A stretch of DNA of 64,000 nt. Source: Eledone cirrhosa. Taxonomy: Eukaryota. This document shows, one piece after another, positions 48,850 through 62,500 of this stretch (position 1 is the first letter of the stretch; each line of letters begins with the position of its first letter). Where the stretch lies: NCBI GenBank assembly GCA_964016885.1, contig OZ024756.1, positions 42,966,001 to 43,030,000 on the forward strand, given 5' to 3'. The translations under genes and the position numbers were made by a program. Under the pieces are notes generated by a model that was not told the DNA's origin, ran no database searches, and was given only the letters and a program-made list of their open reading frames with translations.

Positions 48850-51800
48850 ACACACAATAGAAATAGACATTGGACACACACTAGAGACAGACATGGGACA
48901 CCCACTAGTGACAGATATTGGACACACACTAGAGACAGACATTGGACACACACTAGAGACAGACATTGGACACACACTTGAGACAGACATTGGACACACA
49001 CACTAGTGACATATATTGGACACACACTAGAGACAGACATTGGACACACGCTAGAGACAGACATTGGACACACACCAGAGACAGACATTGGACACACACA
49101 CTAGAGACAGACATTGGACACACACTAGAGACAGACATTGGACAAACACTAGAGACAGACATTGGACACACACTAGAGACAGACATTGGACACACACTAG
49201 AGACAGACATTGGACACACACTAGAGACAGACATGGGACACACACTAGTGACAGATATTGCACACACACTAGAGACAGACATTGGACACACACTAGAGAC
49301 AGACATTGGACACACATTAGAGACAGAGATTAGATACACACTAGAAACAGACATTGGACACACAATAGAAACAGACATTGGACACACACTAGAGATAGAC
49401 ATTGGACACACACTAGAGACAGACATTGGACACACACTTGAGACAGACATTGGACACACACACTAGTGACAGACATTGGACACACACTAGAGACAGACAT
49501 TGGACACACACCAGAGCCAGACATTGGACACACTCACTAGAGACAGACATTGGACACACACTAGAGACAGACATTGGACACATACTAGAGACAGACATTG
49601 GATACACACTACAGACAGACATTGGACACACACTAGAGACAGACATTGGACACACACTAGAGACAGACATTGGACACACACCAGAGACAGACATTGGACA
49701 CACACTAGAGACAGACATTGGACACACACACTAGAGACAGACATTGGACACACACTAGAGACAGACATTGGACACACACTAGAGACAGACATGGGACACA
49801 CACTAGTGACAGATATTGGACACACACTAGAGACAGACATTGGACACACACTAGAGACAGACATTGGACACACACTTGAGACAGACATTGGACACACACA
49901 CTAGTGACATATATTGGACACACACTAGAGACAGACATTGGACACACGCTAGAGACAGACATTGGACACACACCAGAGACAGACATTGGACACACACACT
50001 AGAGACAGACATTGGACACACACTAGAGACAGACATTGGACAAACACTAGAGACAGACATTGGACACACACTAGAGACAGACATTGGACACACACTAGAG
50101 ACAGACATTGGACACACACTAGAGACAGACATGGGTCACACAGTAGTGACAGATATTGCACACACACTAGAGACAGACATTGGACACACACTAGAGACAG
50201 ACATTGGACACACACCAAAGACAGACATTGGACACACACAAGAGACAGACATTGGACACACATTAGAGACAGAGATTGGATACACACTAGAAACAGACAT
50301 TGGACACACAATAGAAACAGACATTGGAGACACACTAGAGATAGACATTGGACACACACTAGAGACAGACATTGGATACACACTAGAAACAGACATTGGA
50401 CACACACACTAGAGACAGACATTGGACACACACTAGACACAGACATTGGATACACACACTAGAGTCAGACATTGGACACACACTTGAGACAGACATTGGA
50501 CACACACACTAGTGACATATATTGGACACACACTAGAGACAGACATTGGACACACACTAGAGACAGACATTGGACGCACACTAGAGACAGACATTGGACA
50601 CACACTAGATACAGACATTGGACACACACTAAGACAGACATTGGACACACACACTAGAGACAGACATTGGACACACACACTAGAGACGGACATTGGACAC
50701 ACACTAGTGACAGACATTGGACACACACTAGAGACAGACATTGGACACACACTAGAGACAGACATTGGACACACACTAGAGACAGACATTGGACACACAC
50801 TAGATACAGACATTGGACACACACTAGAGACAGACATTGGACACACACTAGAGACAGACATTGGACACACACACTAGAGACAGACATTGGACACACACTA
50901 GAGACAGACATTGGACAAACACTAGAGACAGACATTGGACACACACTAGAGACAGACATTGGACACACACTAGAGACAGACATTGGACACACACTAGAGA
51001 CAGACATGGGACACACAATAGAAACAGACATTGGAGACACACTAGAGATAGACATTGGACACACACTAGAGACAGACATTGGATACACACTAGAAACAGA
51101 CATTGGACACACACACTAGAGACAGACATTGGACACACACTAGAGACAGACATTGGATACACACACTAGAGTCAGACATTGGACACACACTTGAGACAGA
51201 CATTGGACACACACACTAGTGACATATATTGGACACACACTAGAGACAGACATTGGATACACACTAGAAACAGACATTGGACACACACACTAGAGACAGA
51301 CATTGGACACACACTAGAGACAGACATTGGATACACACACTAGAGTCAGACATTGGACACACACTAGAGACAGACATTGGACACACACTTGAGACAGACA
51401 TTGGACACACACACTAGTGACATATATTGGACACACACTAGAGACAGACATTGGACACACACTAGAGACAGACATTGGACGCACACTAGAGACAGACATT
51501 GGACACACACTAGATACAGACATTGGACACACACTAGAGACAGACATTGGACACACACACTAGAGACAGACATTGGACACACACACTAGAGACGGACATT
51601 GGACACACACTAGTGACAGACATTGGACACACACTAGAGACAGACATTGGACACACACTAGAGACAGACATTGGACACACACTAGAGACAGACATTGGAC
51701 ACACACTAGATACAGACATTGGACACACACTAGAGACAGACATTGGACACACACTAGAGACAGACATTGGACACACACTAGAGACAGACATTGGACACAC

Positions 51801-54800
51801 ACGAGAGACAGACATTGGACACACACTAGAGACAGACATTGGATACACACTACAGACAGACATTGGACACACACTAGAGACAGACATTGGACACACACTA
51901 GAGACAGACATTGGACACACACCAGAGACAGACATTGGACACACACTAGAGACAGACATTGGACACACACACTAGAGACAGACATTGGACACACACTAGA
52001 GACAGACATTGGACACACACTAGAGACAGACATGGGACACACACTAGTGACAGATATTGGACACACACTAGAGACAGACATTGGACACACACTAGAGACA
52101 GACATTGGACACACACTTGAGACAGACATTGGACACACACACTAGTGACATATATTGGACACACACTAGAGACAGACATTGGACACACGCTAGAGACAGA
52201 CATTGGACACACACCAGAGACAGACATTGGACACACACACTAGAGACAGACATTGGACACACACTAGAGACAGACATTGGACAAACACTAGAGACAGACA
52301 TTGGACACACACTAGAGACAGACATTGGACACACACTAGAGACAGACATGGGACACACAATAGAAACAGACATTGGAGACACACTAGAGATAGACATTGG
52401 ACACACACTAGAGACAGACATTGGATACACACACTAGAGACAGACATTGGACACACACTAGAGACAGACATTGGATACACACACTAGAGTCAGACATTGG
52501 ACACACACTTGAGACAGACATTGGACACACACACTAGTGACATATATTGGACACACACTAGAGACAGACATTGGACACACACTAGAGACACACATTGGAC
52601 GCACACTAGAGACAGACAGTGGACACACACTAGATACAGACATTGGACACACACTAGAGACAGACATTGGACACACACATAGAGACAGACATTGGACACA
52701 CACACTAGAGACGGACATTGGACACACACTAGTGACAGACATTGGACACACACTAGAGACAGACATTGGACACACACTAGAGACAGACATTGGACACACA
52801 CTAGAGACAGACATTGGACACACACTAGATACAGACATTGGACACACACTAGAGACAGACATTGGACACACACTAGAGACAGACATTGGACACACACACT
52901 AGAGACAGACATTGGACACACACTAGAGACAGACATTGGACAAACACTAGAGACAGACATTGGACACACACTAGAGACAGACATTGGACACACACTAGAG
53001 ACAGACATTGGACACACACTAGAGACAGACATGGGACACACACTAGTGACAGATATTGCACACACACTAGAGACAGACATTGGACACACACCAAAGACAG
53101 AGATTGGACACACACAAGAGACAGACATTGGACACACATTAGAGACAGAGATTGGATACACACTAGAAACAGACATTGGACACACAATAGAAACAGAAAT
53201 TGGACACACACTAGAGATAGACATTGGACACACACTAGAGACAGACATTGGATACACACTAGAAACAGACATTGGACACACACACTAGAGACAGACATTG
53301 GACACACACTAGAGACAGACATTGGATACACGCACTAGAGTCAGACATTGGACACACACTAGAGACAGACATTGGACACACACTTGAGACAGACATTGGA
53401 CACACACACTAGTGACATATATTGGACACACACTAGAGACAGACATTGGACACACACTAGAGACAGACATTGGACGCACACTAGAGACAGACATTGGACA
53501 CACACTAGATACAGACATTGGACACACACTAGAGACAGACATTGGACACACACACTAGAGACAGACATTGGACACACACACTAGAGACGGACATTGGACA
53601 CACACTAGTGACAGACATTGGACACACACTAGAGACAGACATTGGACACACACTAGAGACAGACATTGGACACACACTAGAGACAGACATTGGACACACA
53701 CTAGAGACAGACATTGGACACACACTAGAGACAGACATTGGAAACACACTAGAGACAGACATTGGACAGACACTAGAGACAGACATTGGACACACACACT
53801 AGAGACAGACCTTGGACACACACACTAGAGACAGACATTGGACACACACTAGAGACAGACATTGGACACACACTAGAGACAGACATTGGACACACACTAG
53901 AGACAGACATTGTACACACACTAGAGACAGACATTGGACACACACTAGATACAGACATTGGACACACACTAGAGACAGACATTGGACACACACACTAGAG
54001 ACAGACATTGGACACACACACTAGAGACAGACATTGGACACACACTAGAGACAGACATTGGACACACACTAGTGACAGACATTGGACACACACTAGAGAC
54101 AGACATTGGACACACACTAGAGACAGACATTGGACACACACTAGAGACAGACATTGGACACACACTAGAGACAGACATTGGACACACACTAGAGACAGAC
54201 ATTGGACACACACTAGAGACAGATACTGGACACACACTAGAGACAGATATTGGACACACACACTAGAGACAGACATTGGATACACACTACAGACAGACAT
54301 TGGACACACATTAGAGACAGACATTGGACACACACTAGAGACAGACATTGGACACACACCAGAGACAGACATTGGACACACACTAGAGACAGACATTGGG
54401 GACACACACTAGAGACAGACATTGGACACACACTAGAGACAGACATTGGACAAACACTAGAGACAGACATTGGACACACACTAGAGACAGACATTGGACA
54501 CACACTAGAGACAGACATTGGACACACACTAGAGACAGACATGGGACACCCACTAGTGACAGATATTGGACACACACTAGAGACAGACATTGGACACACA
54601 CTAGAGACAGACATTGGACACACACTAGAGACAGACATTGGACACACACTAGAGACAGACATTGGACACACACTAGAGACAGACATGGGACACACACTAG
54701 TGACAGACATGGGACACACAATAGAAACAGACATTGGACACACACTAGAGACAGACATGGGACACCCACTAGTGACAGATATTGGACACACACTAGAGAC

Positions 54801-57800
54801 AGACATTGGACACACACTAGAGACAGACATTGGACACACACTTGAGACAGACATTGGACACACACACTAGTGACATATATTGGACACACACTAGAGACAG
54901 ACATTGGACACACGCTAGAGACAGACATTGGACACACACCAGAGACAGACATTGGACACACACACTAGAGACAGACATTGGACACACACTAGAGACAGAC
55001 ATTGGACAAACACTAGAGACAGACATTGGACACACACTAGAGACAGACATTGGACACACACTAGAGACAGACATTGGACACACACTAGAGACAGACATGG
55101 GACACACACTAGTGACAGATATTGCACACACACTAGAGACAGACATTGGACACACACTAGAGACAGACATTGGACACACATTAGAGACAGAGATTAGATA
55201 CACACTAGAAACAGACATTGGACACACAATAGAAACAGACATTGGACACACACTAGAGATAGACATTGGACACACACTAGAGACAGACATTGGACACACA
55301 CTTGAGACAGACATTGGACACACACACTAGTGACAGACATTGGACACACACTAGAGACAGACATTGGACACACACCAGAGCCAGACATTGGACACACTCA
55401 CTAGAGACAGACATTGGACACACACTAGAGACAGACATTGGACACATACTAGAGACAGACATTGGATACACACTACAGACAGACATTGGACACACACTAG
55501 AGACAGACATTGGACACACACTAGAGACAGACATTGGACACACACCAGAGACAGACATTGGACACACACTAGAGACAGACATTGGACACACACACTAGAG
55601 ACAGACATTGGACACACACTAGAGACAGACATTGGACACACACTAGAGACAGACATGGGACACACACTAGTGACAGATATTGGACACACACTAGAGACAG
55701 ACATTGGACACACACTAGAGACAGACATTGGACACACACTTGAGACAGACATTGGACACACACACTAGTGACATATATTGGACACACACTAGAGACAGAC
55801 ATTGGACACACGCTAGAGACAGACATTGGACACACACCAGAGACAGACATTGGACACACACACTAGAGACAGACATTGGACACACACTAGAGACAGACAT
55901 TGGACAAACACTAGAGACAGACATTGGACACACACTAGAGACAGACATTGGACACACACTAGAGACAGACATTGGACACACACTAGAGACAGACATGGGT
56001 CACACAGTAGTGACAGATATTGCACACACACTAGAGACAGACATTGGACACACACTAGAGACAGACATTGGACACACACCAAAGACAGACATTGGACACA
56101 CACAAGAGACAGACATTGGACACACATTAGAGACAGAGATTGGATACACACTAGAAACAGACATTGGACACACAATAGAAACAGACATTGGAGACACACT
56201 AGAGATAGACATTGGACACACACTAGAGACAGACATTGGATACACACTAGAAACAGACATTGGACACACACACTAGAGACAGACATTGGACACACACTAG
56301 ACACAGACATTGGATACACACACTAGAGTCAGACATTGGACACACACTTGAGACAGACATTGGACACACACACTAGTGACATATATTGGACACACACTAG
56401 AGACAGACATTGGACACACACTAGAGACAGACATTGGACGCACACTAGAGACAGACATTGGACACACACTAGATACAGACATTGGACACACACTAAGACA
56501 GACATTGGACACACACACTAGAGACAGACATTGGACACACACACTAGAGACGGACATTGGACACACACTAGTGACAGACATTGGACACACACTAGAGACA
56601 GACATTGGACACACACTAGAGACAGACATTGGACACACACTAGAGACAGACATTGGACACACACTAGATACAGACATTGGACACACACTAGAGACAGACA
56701 TTGGACACACACTAGAGACAGACATTGGACACACACACTAGAGACAGACATGGGACACACACTAGAGACAGACATTGGACAAACACTAGAGACAGACATT
56801 GGACACACACTAGAGACAGACATTGGACACACACTAGAGACAGACATTGGACACACACTAGAGACAGACATGGGACACACAATAGAAACAGACATTGGAG
56901 ACACACTAGAGATAGACATTGGACACACACTAGAGACAGACATTGGATACACACTAGAAACAGACATTGGACACACACACTAGAGACAGACATTGGACAC
57001 ACACTAGAGACAGACATTGGATACACACACTAGAGTCAGACATTGGACACACACTTGAGACAGACATTGGACACACACACTAGTGACATATATTGGACAC
57101 ACACTAGAGACAGACATTGGATACACACTAGAAACAGACATTGGACACACACACTAGAGACAGACATTGGACACACACTAGAGACAGACATTGGATACAC
57201 ACACTAGAGTCAGACATTGGACACACACTAGAGACAGACATTGGACACACACTTGAGACAGACATTGGACACACACACTAGTGACATATATTGGACACAC
57301 ACCAGAGCCAGACATTGGACACACTCACTAGAGACAGACATTGGACACACACTAGAGACAGACATTGGACACATACTAGAGACAGACATTGGATACACAC
57401 TACAGACAGACATTGGACACACACTAGAGACAGACATTGGACACACACTAGAGACAGACATTGGACACACACCAGAGACAGACATTGGACACACACTAGA
57501 GACAGACATTGGACACACACACTAGAGACAGACATTGGACACACACTAGAGACAGACATTGGACACACACTAGAGACAGACATGGGACACACACTAGTGA
57601 CAGATATTGGACACACACTAGAGACAGACATTGGACACACACTAGAGACAGACATTGGACACACACTTGAGACAGACATTGGACACACACACTAGTGACA
57701 TATATTGGACACACACTAGAGACAGACATTGGACACACGCTAGAGACAGACATTGGACACACACCAGAGACAGACATTGGACACACACACTAGAGACAGA

Positions 57801-60800
57801 CATTGGACACACACTAGAGACAGACATTGGACAAACACTAGAGACAGACATTGGACACACACTAGAGACAGACATTGGACACACACTAGAGACAGACATT
57901 GGACACACACTAGAGACAGACATGGGTCACACAGTAGTGACAGATATTGCACACACACTAGAGACAGACATTGGACACACACTAGAGACAGACATTGGAC
58001 ACACACCAAAGACAGACATTGGACACACACAAGAGACAGACATTGGACACACATTAGAGACAGAGATTGGATACACACTAGAAACAGACATTGGACACAC
58101 AATAGAAACAGACATTGGAGACACACTAGAGATAGACATTGGACACACACTAGAGACAGACATTGGATACACACTAGAAACAGACATTGGACACACACAC
58201 TAGAGACAGACATTGGACACACACTAGACACAGACATTGGATACACACACTAGAGTCAGACATTGGACACACACTTGAGACAGACATTGGACACACACAC
58301 TAGTGACATATATTGGACACACACTAGAGACAGACATTGGACACACACTAGAGACAGACATTGGACGCACACTAGAGACAGACATTGGACACACACTAGA
58401 TACAGACATTGGACACACACTAAGACAGACATTGGACACACACACTAGAGACAGACATTGGACACACACACTAGAGACGGACATTGGACACACACTAGTG
58501 ACAGACATTGGACACACACTAGAGACAGACATTGGACACACACTAGAGACAGACATTGGACACACACTAGAGACAGACATTGGACACACACTAGATACAG
58601 ACATTGGACACACACTAGAGACAGACATTGGACACACACTAGAGACAGACATTGGACACACACACTAGAGACAGACATGGGACACACACTAGAGACAGAC
58701 ATTGGACAAACACTAGAGACAGACATTGGACACACACTAGAGACAGACATTGGACACACACTAGAGACAGACATTGGACACACACTAGAGACAGACATGG
58801 GACACACAATAGAAACAGACATTGGAGACACACTAGAGATAGACATTGGACACACACTAGAGACAGACATTGGATACACACTAGAAACAGACATTGGACA
58901 CACACACTAGAGACAGACATTGGACACACACTAGAGACAGACATTGGATACACACACTAGAGTCAGACATTGGACACACACTTGAGACAGACATTGGACA
59001 CACACACTAGTGACATATATTGGACACACACTAGAGACAGACATTGGATACACACTAGAAACAGACATTGGACACACACACTAGAGACAGACATTGGACA
59101 CACACTAGAGACAGACATTGGATACACACACTAGAGTCAGACATTGGACACACACTAGAGACAGACATTGGACACACACTTGAGACAGACATTGGACACA
59201 CACACTAGTGACATATATTGGACACACACTAGAGACAGACATTGGACACACACTAGAGACAGACATTGGACGCACACTAGAGACAGACATTGGACACACA
59301 CTAGATACAGACATTGGACACACACTAGAGACAGACATTGGACACACACACTAGAGACAGACATTGGACACACACACTAGAGACGGACATTGGACACACA
59401 CTAGTGACAGACATTGGACACACACTAGAGACAGACATTGGACACACACTAGAGACAGACATTGGACACACACTAGAGACAGACATTGGACACACACTAG
59501 ATACAGACATTGGACACACACTAGAGACAGACATTGGACACACACTAGAGACAGACATTGGACACACACTAGAGACAGACATTGGACACACACGAGAGAC
59601 AGACATTGGACACACACTAGAGACAGACATTGGATACACACTACAGACAGACATTGGACACACACTAGAGACAGACATTGGACACACACTAGAGACAGAC
59701 ATTGGACACACACCAGAGACAGACATTGGACACACACTAGAGACAGACATTGGACACACACACTAGAGACAGACATTGGACACACACTAGAGACAGACAT
59801 TGGACACACACTAGAGACAGACATGGGACACACACTAGTGACAGATATTGGACACACACTAGAGACAGACATTGGACACACACTAGAGACAGACATTGGA
59901 CACACACTTGAGACAGACATTGGACACACACACTAGTGACATATATTGGACACACACTAGAGACAGACATTGGACACACGCTAGAGACAGACATTGGACA
60001 CACACCAGAGACAGACATTGGACACACACACTAGAGACAGACATTGGACACACACTAGAGACAGACATTGGACAAACACTAGAGACAGACATTGGACACA
60101 CACTAGAGACAGACATTGGACACACACTAGAGACAGACATGGGACACACAATAGAAACAGACATTGGAGACACACTAGAGATAGACATTGGACACACACT
60201 AGAGACAGACATTGGATACACACACTAGAGACAGACATTGGACACACACTAGAGACAGACATTGGATACACACACTAGAGTCAGACATTGGACACACACT
60301 TGAGACAGACATTGGACACACACACTAGTGACATATATTGGACACACACTAGAGACAGACATTGGACACACACTAGAGACACACATTGGACGCACACTAG
60401 AGACAGACATTGGACACACACTAGATACAGACATTGGACACACACTAGAGACAGACATTGGACACACACATAGAGACAGACATTGGACACACACACTAGA
60501 GACGGACATTGGACACACACTAGTGACAGACATTGGACACACACTAGAGACAGACATTGGACACACACTAGAGACAGACATTGGACACACACTAGAGACA
60601 GACATTGGACACACACTAGATACAGACATTGGACACACACTAGAGACAGACATTGGACACACACTAGAGACAGACATTGGACACACACACTAGAGACAGA
60701 CATTGGACACACACTAGAGACAGACATTGGACAAACACTAGAGACAGACATTGGACACACACTAGAGACAGACATTGGACACACACTAGAGACAGACATT

Positions 60801-62500
60801 GGACACACACTAGAGACAGACATGGGACACACACTAGTGACAGATATTGCACACACACTAGAGACAGACATTGGACACACACCAAAGACAGAGATTGGAC
60901 ACACACAAGAGACAGACATTGGACACACATTAGAGACAGAGATTGGATACACACTAGAAACAGACATTGGACACACAATAGAAACAGAAATTGGACACAC
61001 ACTAGAGATAGACATTGGACACACACTAGAGACAGACATTGGATACACACTAGAAACAGACATTGGACACACACACTAGAGACAGACATTGGACACACAC
61101 TAGAGACAGACATTGGATACACGCACTAGAGTCAGACATTGGACACACACTAGAGACAGACATTGGACACACACTTGAGACAGACATTGGACACACACAC
61201 TAGTGACATATATTGGACACACACTAGAGACAGACATTGGACACACACTAGAGACAGACATTGGACGCACACTAGAGACAGACATTGGACACACACTAGA
61301 TACAGACATTGGACACACACTAGAGACAGACATTGGACACACACACTAGAGACAGACATTGGACACACACACTAGAGACGGACATTGGACACACACTAGT
61401 GACAGACATTGGACACACACTAGAGACAGACATTGGACACACACTAGAGACAGACATTGGACACACACTAGAGACAGACATTGGACACACACTAGAGACA
61501 GACATTGGACACACACTAGAGACAGACATTGGAAACACACTAGAGACAGACATTGGACAGACACTAGAGACAGACATTGGACACACACACTAGAGACAGA
61601 CCTTGGACACACACACTAGAGACAGACATTGGACACACACTAGAGACAGACATTGGACACACACTAGAGACAGACATTGGACACACACTAGAGACAGACA
61701 TTGTACACACACTAGAGACAGACATTGGACACACACTAGATACAGACATTGGACACACACTAGAGACAGACATTGGACACACACACTAGAGACAGACATT
61801 GGACACACACACTAGAGACAGACATTGGACACACACTAGAGACAGACATTGGACACACACTAGTGACAGACATTGGACACACACTAGAGACAGACATTGG
61901 ACACACACTAGAGACAGACATTGGACACACACTAGAGACAGACATTGGACACACACTAGAGACAGACATTGGACACACACTAGAGACAGACATTGGACAC
62001 ACACTAGAGACAGATACTGGACACACACTAGAGACAGATATTGGACACACACACTAGAGACAGACATTGGATACACACTACAGACAGACATTGGACACAC
62101 ATTAGAGACAGACATTGGACACACACTAGAGACAGACATTGGACACACACCAGAGACAGACATTGGACACACACTAGAGACAGACATTGGGGACACACAC
62201 TAGAGACAGACATTGGACACACACTAGAGACAGACATTGGACAAACACTAGAGACAGACATTGGACACACACTAGAGACAGACATTGGACACACACTAGA
62301 GACAGACATTGGACACACACTAGAGACAGACATGGGACACCCACTAGTGACAGATATTGGACACACACTAGAGACAGACATTGGACACACACTAGAGACA
62401 GACATTGGACACACACTAGAGACAGACATTGGACACACACTAGAGACAGACATTGGACACACACTAGAGACAGACATGGGACACACACTAGTGACAGATA
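48850..62500. repeat. 5864-bp tandem duplication whose second copy contains a nested 1927-bp duplication
   Basis: The offset is 5864 (48953/54817, 49864/55728, 50848/56712), then 7791 = 5864+1927 (51314/59105, 52458/60249, 54237/62028). Confidence 0.92.
55375..59228. repeat. 1927-bp near-identical tandem duplication
   Basis: The CCAGAGCC unit starts at 55375 and 57302. Offsets 55728/57655 and 56712/58639 are 1927. An extra ATGGG variant near 56751 and 58678 is shared by these two copies only. Confidence 0.93.
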
